Assembly: GCA_963706325.1 (NCBI GenBank) | Contig: CAVPLT010000005.1 | Location: 96,001-160,000, forward strand | Source of the DNA: an uncultured Nitrospiraceae bacterium | GTDB lineage: Bacteria > Nitrospirota > Nitrospiria > Nitrospirales > Nitrospiraceae | Direction of reading: 5' to 3' | DNA length: 64,000 nucleotides | In this document: one piece after another, positions 1-11,925 of the stretch | Layout: every line of letters begins with the position of its first letter | Position numbering within the stretch: position 1 is the first letter of the stretch | Program-made: the position numbers and the translations under genes | Notes under the pieces: generated by a model | What the model saw: only the letters and a program-made list of their open reading frames with translations | Database searches by the model: none | Told to the model about the DNA's origin: nothing

Positions 1-1
1 G

Positions 2-364
2 ATGCTGAATACACATCTTCAACGCTGTCCGGAATTTCTAGCCGGAGACCATACGAGATTGCGGGAACTCTTGCACCCTGCAAAGGCCTCACTGGCATTA
101 GGGTATAGCCTGGCGCACGGATCACTCGATCCGGGCAAGCAGTCTCTCTGGCATCGCTTAAAATCCTCCGAGGTGTACTATTTTATCGCAGGCCGCGGCG
201 TGATGAGCATCGAGGAAGAATCCACAAATGTCGAACCGGGCTCGGTGATCTATGTGCCGCCGGGTGCCAAGCAGTCATTATTGAATAGCGGAACGAATCA
301 GATGGAGTTTCTCTGCCTGGTCGATCCAGCCTGGACCGCGGAGGATGAGGCAGTCGTTGAATAG
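2..364 (+). CDS. Cupin domain protein
   Basis: Cupin motifs WHRLKSSEVYYFIAGRG and PGSVIYVPPGAKQSL. Confidence 0.85.
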   Translation: MLNTHLQRCPEFLAGDHTRLRELLHPAKASLALGYSLAHGSLDPGKQSLWHRLKSSEVYYFIAGRGVMSIEEESTNVEPGSVIYVPPGAKQSLLNSGTNQMEFLCLVDPAWTAEDEAVVE

Positions 365-382
365 ACGAGAGGAGATGGATAG

Positions 383-1459
383 GTGAAAGCGAGAATCGCA
401 GTCTTGGCCGGAGACGGAGTGGGCCGGGAAATTATTCCGGAAGCCGTTAAGGTCTTAAAGGTGGTCGCCGAGCGCTATGGCCATAGCTTCGAATTTTCAG
501 CCGGCGCTGTCGGCGGCTACGCCATCGATAAAGTCGGGGTCCCATTGCCGCAGGAGACACTGTTGATTGCGAAACAAAGCGACGCCGTGTTGCTGGGAGC
601 GGTTGGTGGTCCAAAATGGGAAGGTTTGGAATATAGCCTTCGTCCGGAGCGCGCTTTACTTGGCTTACGGGAACAACTTGGGCTCTATGCCAATTTGCGC
701 CCCGCTAAGCTGTACCCCATGCTAGCCGATGCCTCCAGCTTGCGACCTGAGGTCATTGAGGGGATCGACATGCTCGTCATCCGTGAGCTGACCGGAGGGA
801 TCTATTTCGGCAAGCCGAAGGGAATTGAAAAAATGTCCGGCGGTGGGGAACGCGGTTTCAATACTGAGGTCTATACGACGGATGAAATTCGGCGCATTGC
901 GGTAGTGGCCTTCGACGCGGCGCGCAAGCGCAGGAAGAAAGTCACTTCGGTCGACAAGGCCAATGTACTGGAGTCGTCAGAGCTATGGCGGCGGGTGGTG
1001 ACCGAGGTGCAGAAAGACTATATTGACGTGGCGTTGAGCCACATCTATGTCGACAATTGCGCAATGCAGCTAGTGCGTAATCCGCGACAATTCGATGTGT
1101 TACTGTGCAACAACATCTTCGGCGATATTCTCAGTGACGAAGCGGCAATGTTGACCGGGTCGATCGGTATGTTGCCCTCCGCCAGTATCGGAGCCAAGGT
1201 CGGGCTTTTCGAGCCGATTCATGGCAGCGCGCCGGACATCGCCGGAAAAAACATCGCCAATCCGATTGCGACCATTGCCTCCGCGGCGATGATGCTCTCC
1301 TATGCGTTTCGTTTGGATAAGGAAGCCGAAGCGATAGAGCAGGCGATCGTCAAGACGCTTGAACTGGGATTTCGCACCAAAGACATTCATGCCGAAGGTA
1401 TGCGGCTGGTCGGCACAACCGAAATGGGCGATGCCATTGCGCGCAACCTCGCCTCGTGA
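383..1459 (+). CDS. leuB: 3-isopropylmalate dehydrogenase
   Basis: [42 protein letters not shown]. Confidence 0.97.
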   Translation: MKARIAVLAGDGVGREIIPEAVKVLKVVAERYGHSFEFSAGAVGGYAIDKVGVPLPQETLLIAKQSDAVLLGAVGGPKWEGLEYSLRPERALLGLREQLGLYANLRPAKLYPMLADASSLRPEVIEGIDMLVIRELTGGIYFGKPKGIEKMSGGGERGFNTEVYTTDEIRRIAVVAFDAARKRRKKVTSVDKANVLESSELWRRVVTEVQKDYIDVALSHIYVDNCAMQLVRNPRQFDVLLCNNIFGDILSDEAAMLTGSIGMLPSASIGAKVGLFEPIHGSAPDIAGKNIANPIATIASAAMMLSYAFRLDKEAEAIEQAIVKTLELGFRTKDIHAEGMRLVGTTEMGDAIARNLAS

Positions 1460-1463
1460 ATCA

Positions 1464-2675
1464 ATGACACGCCCGATACCATCCGTAATCATCGAGACGG
1501 TGGCCGGAAACGGCGAGCCAGGCTACACCGGAGACGGAGGACCGGCTAAAGCGGCTTCGTTAAACGAGCCGAAAGGTCTCTGTGTGGACCAAGCCGGAAA
1601 TCTCTACATCGCCGATTCTGAAAATCACGTCGTACGACGTGTCGATCTAAGGACGGGTGTGATTACTACCGTTGCAGGCATCTGTCCCGCCGGTATGACT
1701 GGACCGGTTTCCTCGCCACCTGCTGCGGAAGTTCCGGTAGCCGAGGACGAAGATCCCTTTGCCGATATCTCGGGGGATGCGACAAAGGCCTATTCTCAAG
1801 TTACCGATCTCAGTGGAACGGTACGCTACGTCACCGGAGGCCGGCTCACCGTAGAGCACGATTCCGGTGATGGCGGCCCTGCCCGTCGAGCTCGGCTGAA
1901 CTTTCCCAGCGCCGTGGCCGTCGATCGATTCGGTAACTTGTACATTGCCGATACGATGAACCATCGAGTGAGACGAGTCGATGCGACGACCGGCGTGATT
2001 ACCACGATTGCGGGAACCGGGCAGGCGCGCTATTCCGGCGATGGCGGTCCCGCGGTTCTTGCGGCGCTCAACGAACCGACTGGTCTGGCCGTCAGGGACG
2101 AGGCTTTGTATATCGCCGACCAGAGCAACAATCGTATACGTCGCGTGCAACTCTCCACGAACGTCATCACGACCATCGCAGGAGATGGAACAGCGGCCTA
2201 TAGCGGAGATCAGGTTCCGGCCGATCAAACTAGTTTGTCGGGGCCAAGCGGCGTGGCGCTAGCAGGCAAAGAAACCCTATACGTGGCCGATACCTTTAAT
2301 AGCCGAATTCGCTCCGTCGATGCGGCGTCGGGGCAGATTGCGACCGCGGTTGGCGACGGAGGAACGTATCGCTATCAAGGGCCAGATGAGCCCGATTCGC
2401 TGAGTCTCTCCAGGCCGACCGCAATCGCCGTCGATCACGACGAAAGATTGTACCTCACCGATTCGGACAGTCACTTGATTCGTGTTTGGGATCCTCAGAC
2501 GAAGACTATTAGGCGCTTGTCCGGCACCGGCATGCCGCAGTTCGGCGGGGACGGCGGCGATGCTTTGGCAGGAAGTCTTAATTACCCTTTCGGTGTGGCA
2601 GTCGGTGCGAACGGGATCGTCTACATCGCAGATACATTCAACCACCGCATCAGAGCTCTGACCGCGATTGCGTAA
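1464..2675 (+). CDS. NHL-repeat beta-propeller protein
   Basis: Repeated G(Y/F)xGDGGPA..A.LNxPxG(L/V)AVD..GNLYIAD..NHR(V/I)R units; start moved to ATG 1464 just after the leuB stop. Confidence 0.88.
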   Translation: MTRPIPSVIIETVAGNGEPGYTGDGGPAKAASLNEPKGLCVDQAGNLYIADSENHVVRRVDLRTGVITTVAGICPAGMTGPVSSPPAAEVPVAEDEDPFADISGDATKAYSQVTDLSGTVRYVTGGRLTVEHDSGDGGPARRARLNFPSAVAVDRFGNLYIADTMNHRVRRVDATTGVITTIAGTGQARYSGDGGPAVLAALNEPTGLAVRDEALYIADQSNNRIRRVQLSTNVITTIAGDGTAAYSGDQVPADQTSLSGPSGVALAGKETLYVADTFNSRIRSVDAASGQIATAVGDGGTYRYQGPDEPDSLSLSRPTAIAVDHDERLYLTDSDSHLIRVWDPQTKTIRRLSGTGMPQFGGDGGDALAGSLNYPFGVAVGANGIVYIADTFNHRIRALTAIA

Positions 2676-2685
2676 GGACAGCATC

Positions 2686-3705
2686 ATGTTGAAGAAGAAA
2701 AAGGCTTACACGGTGGCTGTGTTGGGAGCTACCGGGGTTGTTGGGAAGGAAAGTCTTGAGATTTTGGAAGAACGTAAGTTTCCTCTCGAGACGTTGCGCT
2801 TGTTTTCTTCGAAACGGTCGGCCGGCGAGGTTCTGTCGTGCCAGGGTAAAGAGTACAAGGTGGAAGAGTTGACGGAAGCGTCTTCTTTTGCCGGGGTGGA
2901 CCTTGCCTTTGTGTCCGCGACGGATGCGATAAGCCGGGACTATGGCGCGCGGTTGGGTGCGGCAGGCGTCGTGGTCATCGATGATAGCGGAGTCTTTCGC
3001 ATGGATCCCGATGTGCCGCTGGTGGTGCCAGAGGTCAATGCGGCTGCGCTGCGATCGATGAAGCGCGGCATTGTGGCCATTCCCAATTGCACGACGACCC
3101 CGCTCGTCATGGCGCTCAAGCCGCTTCGCGATGCTGCCGGCATCAAGCGGGTTGTGGTGACGACGTTTCAGTCGGTGTCTGGAACGGGGTCAGCGGCGAT
3201 GGATGAATTAGTCGATCAGACGAAAGCGTTGATCTCCTTCCAAGATGTGAAGGTAGAGGTCTATCCCTATCAAATCGCATTTAATCTCTTGCCGGCTGTC
3301 GGCTCCTTCGGTGAAGGTGGCAATTGCTCAGAAGAGGTCAAGATCGTCCGAGAAACGAGAAAGATTCTTGAGATGCCCTCCCTGCGGGTTACGGCGACTA
3401 CTGTGCGAGTCCCGGTATTGCGCTGCCACTCTGAGGCCGTCAATGTCGAACTCGAACGGCCGTTGAAGGCGAACGAGGCGCGAGCCGCACTTGCAGAGAT
3501 GCCAGGAGTCATCGTCTACGACGACCCTTTGAAGAAGCTCTACCCCATGCCGTTCGACGTCTCGGGCAAAGATGAGGTGTATGTGGGGCGGGTCCGGGAG
3601 GATGAATCCATCACCAATGGATTGAACCTCTGGGTGGTCAGCGACAATCTTCGAAAAGGCGCTGCTCTTAATGCCGTTCAAATCGCTGAATGTTTGATAC
3701 AATGA
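2686..3705 (+). CDS. asd: Aspartate-semialdehyde dehydrogenase
   Basis: GATGVVG, PLVVPEVN, catalytic PNCTT, DNLRKGAALNAVQIAE. Confidence 0.96.
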   Translation: MLKKKKAYTVAVLGATGVVGKESLEILEERKFPLETLRLFSSKRSAGEVLSCQGKEYKVEELTEASSFAGVDLAFVSATDAISRDYGARLGAAGVVVIDDSGVFRMDPDVPLVVPEVNAAALRSMKRGIVAIPNCTTTPLVMALKPLRDAAGIKRVVVTTFQSVSGTGSAAMDELVDQTKALISFQDVKVEVYPYQIAFNLLPAVGSFGEGGNCSEEVKIVRETRKILEMPSLRVTATTVRVPVLRCHSEAVNVELERPLKANEARAALAEMPGVIVYDDPLKKLYPMPFDVSGKDEVYVGRVREDESITNGLNLWVVSDNLRKGAALNAVQIAECLIQ

Positions 3706-3708
3706 ATA

Positions 3709-3963
3709 ATGGTACCCTGGAGCGGCGTGGGTCGCTGGTTGATCATCGTGGGGCTGGCCCTCGCCGCATTGGGAGGGCTGCTGGCGCTGGTAGAAAGATG
3801 GCCAGGAGTCGCCTCCACGTTCAGCTGGATCGGTAAGTTACCCGGCGATGATTCCATCACGCGCGAGCGGTTCAGTGTCCATGTCCCGATCGCGACCAGT
3901 CTCGTGCTCAGCATTCTGTTAAGCCTCCTTCTGTACGTCCTCTCATGGCTCTTTCGCCGGTGA
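3709..3963 (+). CDS. DUF2905-like small membrane protein
   Basis: Two hydrophobic segments around GKLPGD..VPIATSLVLS. Confidence 0.75.
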   Translation: MVPWSGVGRWLIIVGLALAALGGLLALVERWPGVASTFSWIGKLPGDDSITRERFSVHVPIATSLVLSILLSLLLYVLSWLFRR

Positions 3964-5156
3964 ATCAATCCAGTCTCAAAAACCTGCCACTCATAGCGGG
4001 TAGCCTCTTCGTATTGCTTGTCTGTGCGCAGCCCGTCTTTGCTGATTCCATTCGGGTGTTAGTGGCCCAAGAGGTCACGATCCTGGAGGTAAGTTCTGAT
4101 GGTGACCTGGCCCTCGTGACTGAGGCGGGCGAGACGAAAATGTTCCGATCTCCGGTCCACATTTCAGCCCGAAGCGATGGATTTCACGTTGATAGTCGGC
4201 GAGTGGCCGGAGGGCAGGTCGTGATTCGGCCTTTCCGAAATACTCTTTCGCTGATGATGACGCAAGGCAGCGCGATCGCCCATGGCCCCGCGCTTTCCAT
4301 TGGTGGAGTCGTCCGTGTGTTGCGCAAGGGGCGCACGCTGTCTGTCGTGAATCAGGTGGATTTAGAAGAGTATGTGAAGGGCGTGGTGCCTTCTGAGGTG
4401 AGCTCTGCCTGGCATCCGGAAATGTTGAAGGTGCAGGCGGTGGCGGCACGGACATATGCGCTGTATAACAAAATGCTGAGCGCCGCCCGGGAATACGATG
4501 TGATGTCCACCATTCAAGACCAGGTCTATCGTGGACGATCCGGTGTCGACCACCGTGTTGAAGAAGCCGTCGAATCGACGAGAGGCATTGTCGTCACCCA
4601 TCTGCAGGCACCCATTTATGCGGCCTTTTCATCCACGGCAGCGGGCCCGACCGAAGACGCCGTCAATGTGTGGGCAAACAAAGACCTGCCCTATCTTAAA
4701 GGCGTAGAATGTCCGTTCGATATCGAATCACCATACTACCAATGGAAAGCCAGCGTGAAGATCGACCAGCTGGAACAGAACTTACGGCGCCAGGGATTTT
4801 CCGTCGGAACGATCGCCACCATCACTCCGATTGTCTATAGTCGTGCCGGACGGGTGGCGCGACTCCGGATTCTCCATTCGGTTGGCGAGACGGTGTTACG
4901 AGGGGAGGACCTTCGTAAGGCGGTGGGATATACCGTCATTCCGAGTACTCAATTTGAAGTCGAATCGATCGGAGCCGACGTAGTGTTTACTGGTTATGGC
5001 GCGGGCCATGCCGTGGGCCTTTGTCAATGGGGCGCAAAGGAATTGGCGGAACTCGGCTATTCATATGACAGTATTCTCCAGTACTACTATCCAGGGACGG
5101 AGCTACACAACGCGGCCTTGTCGCAGTTAACCGCTCCGGCCATTCCAACCCCCTGA
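3945..5156 (+). CDS. SpoIID/LytB domain peptidoglycan hydrolase
   Basis: LEEYVKGVVPSE, LKVQAVAARTYA, GHAVGLCQWGA, ILQYYYPG. Confidence 0.92.
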   Translation: MALSPVNQSSLKNLPLIAGSLFVLLVCAQPVFADSIRVLVAQEVTILEVSSDGDLALVTEAGETKMFRSPVHISARSDGFHVDSRRVAGGQVVIRPFRNTLSLMMTQGSAIAHGPALSIGGVVRVLRKGRTLSVVNQVDLEEYVKGVVPSEVSSAWHPEMLKVQAVAARTYALYNKMLSAAREYDVMSTIQDQVYRGRSGVDHRVEEAVESTRGIVVTHLQAPIYAAFSSTAAGPTEDAVNVWANKDLPYLKGVECPFDIESPYYQWKASVKIDQLEQNLRRQGFSVGTIATITPIVYSRAGRVARLRILHSVGETVLRGEDLRKAVGYTVIPSTQFEVESIGADVVFTGYGAGHAVGLCQWGAKELAELGYSYDSILQYYYPGTELHNAALSQLTAPAIPTP

Positions 5157-6195
5157 TGTTGCTTAGCGAGTTTGATTTTCCTTTCGATCCGGCCTTGGTG
5201 GCTGACCATCCGGTCATTCCGCGTGATCGCGCGCGGATGCTGGTATTGGAACGCGTGAGTGGGGCGCGGAGGCACCATCATGTTGCCGATCTTCCGTTTC
5301 TCCTGCAACCCGGCGACCTTGTGGTGGTGAACAATACTAAGGTCATGCCGGCACGGGTCCCGGCTCATGTGCGCTCCACGGGCAAATTGATTGACCTGCT
5401 CTTTGTTCAGGATCTGGGGCAGGATGTATGGGAAGTGTTTATCAAGGGTCGATTCCGTCCTGGTTCCAGGATAGTCTTTCCCGACGGCGGCGAGGGGGAA
5501 ATTCTGGAGCGGAGCCAGGCCCGAACTACGTTAAGATTTACCGGCCAGGCGAGCGCGTACGATCTCATGCGGCAGCCGGCGCAATGCCGCTCCCTCCCTA
5601 CATTAAACGTCTGCCCACGCAGGATGACCTGCTGTGGTACCAAACCATGTTTGCGCAGCGTGAAGGCGCCATCGCTGCACCTACTGCCGGCCTGCATTTT
5701 ACGCGCGACCTAGTAGCGGCGTTAAAGAGAAAGGGCATTGAACTGGCGGAAATCACCCTGCACGTTGGCCCCGGCACATTTCGAAGCGTGAAAAGCGAGC
5801 AAATTGAGGACCACCGGATGCTAGCGGAACGAGTCGAGGTGTCTGATGATACTGTGGAGCAGATTCGCCGGGTCCGAGCGCGGGGGAATCGTGTGGTGGC
5901 AGTCGGAACGACCGTGGTGCGCGCGCTGGAAACCTGCGCACGGGGCGGGGCTGGCATCGTACCATTTCAAGGGCCGGCCGAGCTATTCATTACACCGGGG
6001 TTTGAGTTTCAGGTAATTGACGCGCTGGTGACAAATTTTCACTTGCCGCGAACCACCTTGTTGATGCTGGTCTCAGCTCTGGTAGGAGTCTATCCGCTTC
6101 GCGAAGCCTACCAAGAGGCGGTGGCGAAACGCTATCGGTTCTATAGCTATGGCGATGCGATGCTGATTGGAACGGGGTGGGCAGACGCTACATAA
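5156..6195 (+). pseudogene. queA: S-adenosylmethionine:tRNA ribosyltransferase-isomerase, split by a 1-nt deletion near 5575 (real or sequencing error)
   Basis: N-half (DLVVVNNTKVMPAR) in ORF 5156..5713; C-half (MPLPPYI, AAPTAGLHF, TLHVGPGTF, TNFHLP, YRFYSYGDAM) in ORF 5428..6195. Confidence 0.9.
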
Positions 6196-6886
6196 GCTCT
6201 TTATGAATCTTGACCGGTACCTTGCTCTTCATAGATTCGGTGTAAGCCATGAGCGCCCGCTGCTGTTTTTGAAAGAGGAAGCTCTGAAAAATCCGCTCCT
6301 TCGCAGCATCCACCTTGGCAGGATCGGTTTCACCCTGACGGGTGACGAGGGCCTGTGCTTCTGAATATTCCGAAGGCGTGAGGGCCACCGCATCCATGAC
6401 GACCAAGCGAGCTTTGTTGGTGAGAATATCCTTGGCTTCCATCGCTTCAAAGGATGAGGGGGTCAAACGATTTGCCGCCAGCAGTCTGCGATAGGCCTCG
6501 GGGTCGAACGTGCCATTCCGCTGGAATTCCGTTCGTTGCATAATCGCTTTACGGAGATCGTCGTCCGACACCGTGAGCCCCATGTCTTTCGCCACATGCA
6601 ACCACATGCGGTTGTCAATGAGTTGCTCCAGCACGAACTGTTTGAGGAATTCATCCTTGATGTCGGTTTGACCTTTGTCTTTGTAGAACCGGTATGTATT
6701 TTCGTAGGCGCGACGAAATTCATCCAGCGGGACGGCTTGATCCCCAACGGAAGCCACAACGTTGCCGCTCTCTTGACCAAATCCCCACCATCCCATGGTG
6801 ATGACAAACGCGAGGGCAAGAACGCCCATGATGGACTTGAGAAACCACGGATAGTCATGCGCTGCTTCGCGTAACAATTTGATCAT
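6188..6886 (-). CDS. SurA N-terminal domain (PpiD-like) periplasmic chaperone
   Basis: N-terminal TM then VASVGDQAV, VLEQLID, GLTVSDDDL, FQRNGTFD. Confidence 0.85.
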   Translation of the reverse strand: MIKLLREAAHDYPWFLKSIMGVLALAFVITMGWWGFGQESGNVVASVGDQAVPLDEFRRAYENTYRFYKDKGQTDIKDEFLKQFVLEQLIDNRMWLHVAKDMGLTVSDDDLRKAIMQRTEFQRNGTFDPEAYRRLLAANRLTPSSFEAMEAKDILTNKARLVVMDAVALTPSEYSEAQALVTRQGETDPAKVDAAKERIFQSFLFQKQQRALMAYTESMKSKVPVKIHKELM

Positions 6887-7046
6887 CGAGATCGCCTCTT
6901 GTCGGCACGGCTCCATGGATTCTACTCAGGTGCCGGCAATAAAGGCAAGAGGAGGAGAAGGGCGACTGCTGTGCGAGAAGATTGCGACTTTGTTTGTGCG
7001 GATGGGCGAGATTTGCTATAGTGACCCTCAATCGGGGAGATCTTCA

Positions 7047-7505
7047 TTGGCGGAGGTGGCAGCCGGGCAAAGCCCATTCGAACTGGGTGTCTATCCGAAG
7101 GCCCAGGTACTGAACCGATTCATCGCCAAGGTGATTGACCTCCTGCTCGTGGCTGCGGCCAGTAAACTGGTGCCGCCGGTGGGCATTCTTGTCGGCCTTG
7201 CTTACATCTTATTGGCCGATGGATTTGGGGGCGGTCGTAGTGTCGGGAAGCGGTTGATTGGGTTGCAAACCATTGTGCCGCACACTCGCGACCCCGCAGG
7301 ATTCAGAGAGTCAATTATCCGCAATCTGCCCTGTGGCCTAGCCCAATTGGCATTTGAGGTGCCTTATGTGGGGTGGATCGGATGGGGCGCCGTACTTTCA
7401 CTTGAAGCACTTTTGGTTATGGGGAATGAGCAAGGTCGGCGATTAGGTGACGAGATCGCGAAGACTCAGGTACTTGAGAGTGGACAGCTTGATGTACCGG
7501 ATTGA
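7047..7505 (+). CDS. RDD family membrane protein
   Basis: RFIAKVIDL, SVGKRLIGL, SIIRN, RRLGD; TTG start after GGGGAG and a TGnTATAGT extended -10 at 7014-7022. Confidence 0.8.
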   Translation: MAEVAAGQSPFELGVYPKAQVLNRFIAKVIDLLLVAAASKLVPPVGILVGLAYILLADGFGGGRSVGKRLIGLQTIVPHTRDPAGFRESIIRNLPCGLAQLAFEVPYVGWIGWGAVLSLEALLVMGNEQGRRLGDEIAKTQVLESGQLDVPD

Positions 7506-7524
7506 ATAACTCGATCGGCGTTGA

Positions 7525-8604
<1,080 letters not shown>

Positions 8605-8622
8605 ACTCCATCCTGAGAGTGG

Positions 8623-9504
8623 ATGGCTAGTTCGCGTTCGACATACGGCACCAGACGCCTCGCCATAGTGCTGTTCGCCCTCTTGATTGCCGCGCTCTTT
8701 CTTCTTCCTAGTCAAAGTGAGGGGTTACTGCAGTACGTCGGGGGACCGCTCGGACAGATCCTCAGTCTTCCGCTCGCCGCATTTTCAGCTCTTGATCACG
8801 GTATTTCTGAAACATGGGATGGCTACCTCGCCTTGCAGGGCGTCCGTGAAGAGAACCGCCAGCTTCGTCGAGATATCGAATCGCTCAAAGGAATAAATAA
8901 TCAGTTGCGTGACTCCGTGTCGGCCACGCAGCGATATGCAACTCTGCTGAACTTCACACAACAGTCGTCTACTCGCACTGTCGCGGCCCAAGTGATCGGG
9001 AGGGACGCGACAAACTGGTATCGAGGCGTGATTCTGAACAAAGGCGAAAGCGATGGTGTTCGTACGGAAATGGGGGTCGTCACTCCGGCCGGTGTCGTCG
9101 GCCGTATAGTAAAAACGAATTCGACCTCGTCGGTCGTCTTGTTGGTCACCGATCCGAACAATGCGATTGCAGGCTTGGTGCAGCGGACTCGCGACGAAGG
9201 CATTGTCGAAGGCACGAGCCATGGGCGCGCACGCCTCAAGTACATTCCCCTCCTGTCCCGAGTCCAGCCCGGCGATCGAGTGGTGACGTCGGGCCTCACA
9301 GGTTCTTTTCCCCGGGGTTTGGCGATCGGCGGATTGACGCAGGTGGAAAAGTCAGAGGGAGATTTATTTCAATCCGCAGAAATCGAGCCGGAGGTCGACC
9401 TATCAAAGCTGGATGAGGTGCTGGTCATTACGGCGCCCTACGAAGGTGCCGACGCGGCACAGAAACTCCTGCAGGAAATCCACGGGGATCGAAAGAAGCC
9501 ATGA
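8623..9504 (+). CDS. mreC: Rod shape-determining protein MreC
   Basis: TM, coiled coil, LNKGESDGV, GDRVVTSGL..FPRGL; follows mreB. Confidence 0.95.
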   Translation: MASSRSTYGTRRLAIVLFALLIAALFLLPSQSEGLLQYVGGPLGQILSLPLAAFSALDHGISETWDGYLALQGVREENRQLRRDIESLKGINNQLRDSVSATQRYATLLNFTQQSSTRTVAAQVIGRDATNWYRGVILNKGESDGVRTEMGVVTPAGVVGRIVKTNSTSSVVLLVTDPNNAIAGLVQRTRDEGIVEGTSHGRARLKYIPLLSRVQPGDRVVTSGLTGSFPRGLAIGGLTQVEKSEGDLFQSAEIEPEVDLSKLDEVLVITAPYEGADAAQKLLQEIHGDRKKP

Positions 9505-10001
9505 AGTTTGTCGTCTATGCGCTACTGGCGATGGTGGTGGTACCACTACAAACAACCCTGTTGCATTACGTCAGTATCCTCGGCGTACGACCCGATCTTG
9601 GTTTGATCGCGGCGTGTCTCGTGGGTTTTCTCGGTGGGGAGCTCGATGGTTTGATTCTCGGCCTTATTTTGGGGTGTTTCCAAGATATGCTGTCTGCCGG
9701 AGAGCTGTGGATCAATGTCGTGACGAAGGGAGGGGCCGGGTTTCTCGCCGGCATGGCGGGACGCCATATGGCCCATATCACTCCGGCTGTGTTGACGGTG
9801 GGCCTCGTTGTCATCTCCTGCTTGTCCAGCGGAGTCTTCCTTTACGCGATGAATCCGGCGAGCATTGATGATGTTTGGATGGGAGTCCGTTCGACCGTGC
9901 TGGTGCAGGCCGGATATGACGCCGCCATTGGAGCGGGTTTGTATCTGATGTTTCGGCGACGCTGGTCGGATGATCGAATGGTGACAGAGGGAGCGCTGTA
10001 A
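9501..10001 (+). CDS. mreD: Rod shape-determining protein MreD
   Basis: Hydrophobic, RPDL motif, position between mreC and mrdA. Confidence 0.88.
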   Translation: MKFVVYALLAMVVVPLQTTLLHYVSILGVRPDLGLIAACLVGFLGGELDGLILGLILGCFQDMLSAGELWINVVTKGGAGFLAGMAGRHMAHITPAVLTVGLVVISCLSSGVFLYAMNPASIDDVWMGVRSTVLVQAGYDAAIGAGLYLMFRRRWSDDRMVTEGAL

Positions 10002-10051
10002 GCGCATGCCTACCTTGCAACGACGTGTGGCGAAGGGCTGGGGATGAGGCC

Positions 10052-11923
10052 GTGATAGGGTTTAACGATTCCGACCTTCTCGACCTTCAGCGGCGACTTG
10101 CCATCCTGCGCGTAGGCCTTCTGTTGGTGGTGGCACTGTTGGCTCTGCGACTGTGGCATCTACAAATCCGGGAAGGCCCCTATTATCGCGACCTGTCCGA
10201 AAACAACCGGACACGGTCGGTCGTGCTTGAACCGGCCCGGGGGCTTATATTTGATCGGAATGGCATTTTGTTGGCGAACAATGTACCGAGTTTCGCTTTG
10301 TATGTCACATTGGAAGACGTGAAGGATCGTCAAGGTTTGGTCGCACAGCTGGCCTCTTTGCTTGGCCTAGATCCAGAGCTCGTTCAGAAGAAACTGTCGA
10401 TCGGAAAAGGAAGCAAGCTGCAGCCTCGCAAAATCAAGGATCGTCTGACACTGCGAGAGGCCACGTTAATCGAGTCTCACCGTTTAGACCTACCAGGCGT
10501 GATGGTTCAAGTGGAATCGCAACGGAATTATCCCGGCGGGGTGGTCGCCGCGCATCTGTTGGGTTATGTAGGAGAGGTGTCGGCGGAGCAACTCGAAAGG
10601 GCCGACTTTGCGGATCTCCATCAAGGCAGCATCGTGGGGCAGTACGGAGTGGAAAAGTCCTTTGACCGGCAGGTGCGCGGCCGGGCGGGACAGAAGAGCG
10701 TTGAGGTAGATGCGCTTGGCCATGAGAAACGTGCCGTCGTGGCAGAGAAGCCGGTTGCAGGCGACGATCTCCATCTCACCATTGATGTCCGCTTGCAAAA
10801 AATCGCGGAAGATCTTCTCGGGGAGGAATCCGGGGCTATTGTGGCGCTAGACCCTACCACCGGAGACGTTCTGGCGATGGCTAGTCGGCCTGGGTTTGAT
10901 CCGAATATGTTGTCGAAGGAGTTGACGAACAAACAATGGGTTGAAATAGTGCAAAATGAGGGACGGCCGTTGAATAACCGCGCGACGCAAGGCCAGTATC
11001 CGCCGGGATCAACCTTCAAGGTTGTGATGGCTGCGGCGGCCCTTGAGTCCAACACCGTGACGCCATCGACCATGGTTCGCTGCAACGGCGGCTACCAATT
11101 CGGCAATCGATTGTTTCGTGACTGGAAACCTGGTGGGCATGGTTCCGTCGACATGACCCAAGCGTTGATTCATTCTTGCGACGTCTATTTCTACACCATG
11201 GGCCAGCGCATGGGGATCGATACGATTGCCGAGTATGCGAAGCAATTCGGTCTTGGACAGGAATCCGGAGTGGAATTGGCCTCAGAGCGGGTGGGGATCG
11301 TCCCGTCTACGGCCTGGAAACAGAAGGCGAGAAATCAACCATGGTATCCCGGTGAAACCATTTCAGCCGCGATTGGTCAGGGGTATGTGACCGTGACGCC
11401 ATTGCAGATGGCGAATGTGATCGGGACTGTGGCAAATGACGGCGTATTGATGAAGCCGAGGTTGGTGCAAGCTGTTATGAATCGTGCAACGGGCGAGCGC
11501 GCCGAATTTCCGCCCACGGTTCGCGGGAAAGTGGCGGTCAAACCGGCGACCATCGCCTTAATCAAAGAGGCATTGGCCGATGTGGTGACGAAAGGAACCG
11601 CGACTCGAGCCAAGTCCTCCCTGGTGACGATTGCGGGAAAAACCGGTACGGCTCAAACGGCGGCTCTCCGCACCGGTCCAGATAAAGATATTCCGAAGAA
11701 GTTTCGAGACCATGCGTGGTTTGTTGCCTTTGCCCCGGTTGAGGCGCCGCGCATCGCCGTGGCGGTTCTAGCCGAACACATGGGCCATGGCGGGTCCGCT
11801 GCCGCGCCCTTGGCGAAGGATGTCATTGAGGCGTACGTGAAAGCCTATCCCCACGTGCTCACTGGAGCCAGAACCGGTGGCCGAACGAAGGCACCTGCTT
11901 TGGCAACCGGAACACGACCGTAG
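10052..11923 (+). CDS. mrdA: Penicillin-binding protein 2
   Basis: PARGLIFDRNG, SxxK (PGSTFK), SCD, KTG (AGKTGTAQ); start uncertain (10025 or 10052). Confidence 0.95.
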   Translation: MIGFNDSDLLDLQRRLAILRVGLLLVVALLALRLWHLQIREGPYYRDLSENNRTRSVVLEPARGLIFDRNGILLANNVPSFALYVTLEDVKDRQGLVAQLASLLGLDPELVQKKLSIGKGSKLQPRKIKDRLTLREATLIESHRLDLPGVMVQVESQRNYPGGVVAAHLLGYVGEVSAEQLERADFADLHQGSIVGQYGVEKSFDRQVRGRAGQKSVEVDALGHEKRAVVAEKPVAGDDLHLTIDVRLQKIAEDLLGEESGAIVALDPTTGDVLAMASRPGFDPNMLSKELTNKQWVEIVQNEGRPLNNRATQGQYPPGSTFKVVMAAAALESNTVTPSTMVRCNGGYQFGNRLFRDWKPGGHGSVDMTQALIHSCDVYFYTMGQRMGIDTIAEYAKQFGLGQESGVELASERVGIVPSTAWKQKARNQPWYPGETISAAIGQGYVTVTPLQMANVIGTVANDGVLMKPRLVQAVMNRATGERAEFPPTVRGKVAVKPATIALIKEALADVVTKGTATRAKSSLVTIAGKTGTAQTAALRTGPDKDIPKKFRDHAWFVAFAPVEAPRIAVAVLAEHMGHGGSAAAPLAKDVIEAYVKAYPHVLTGARTGGRTKAPALATGTRP

Positions 11924-11925
11924 AC

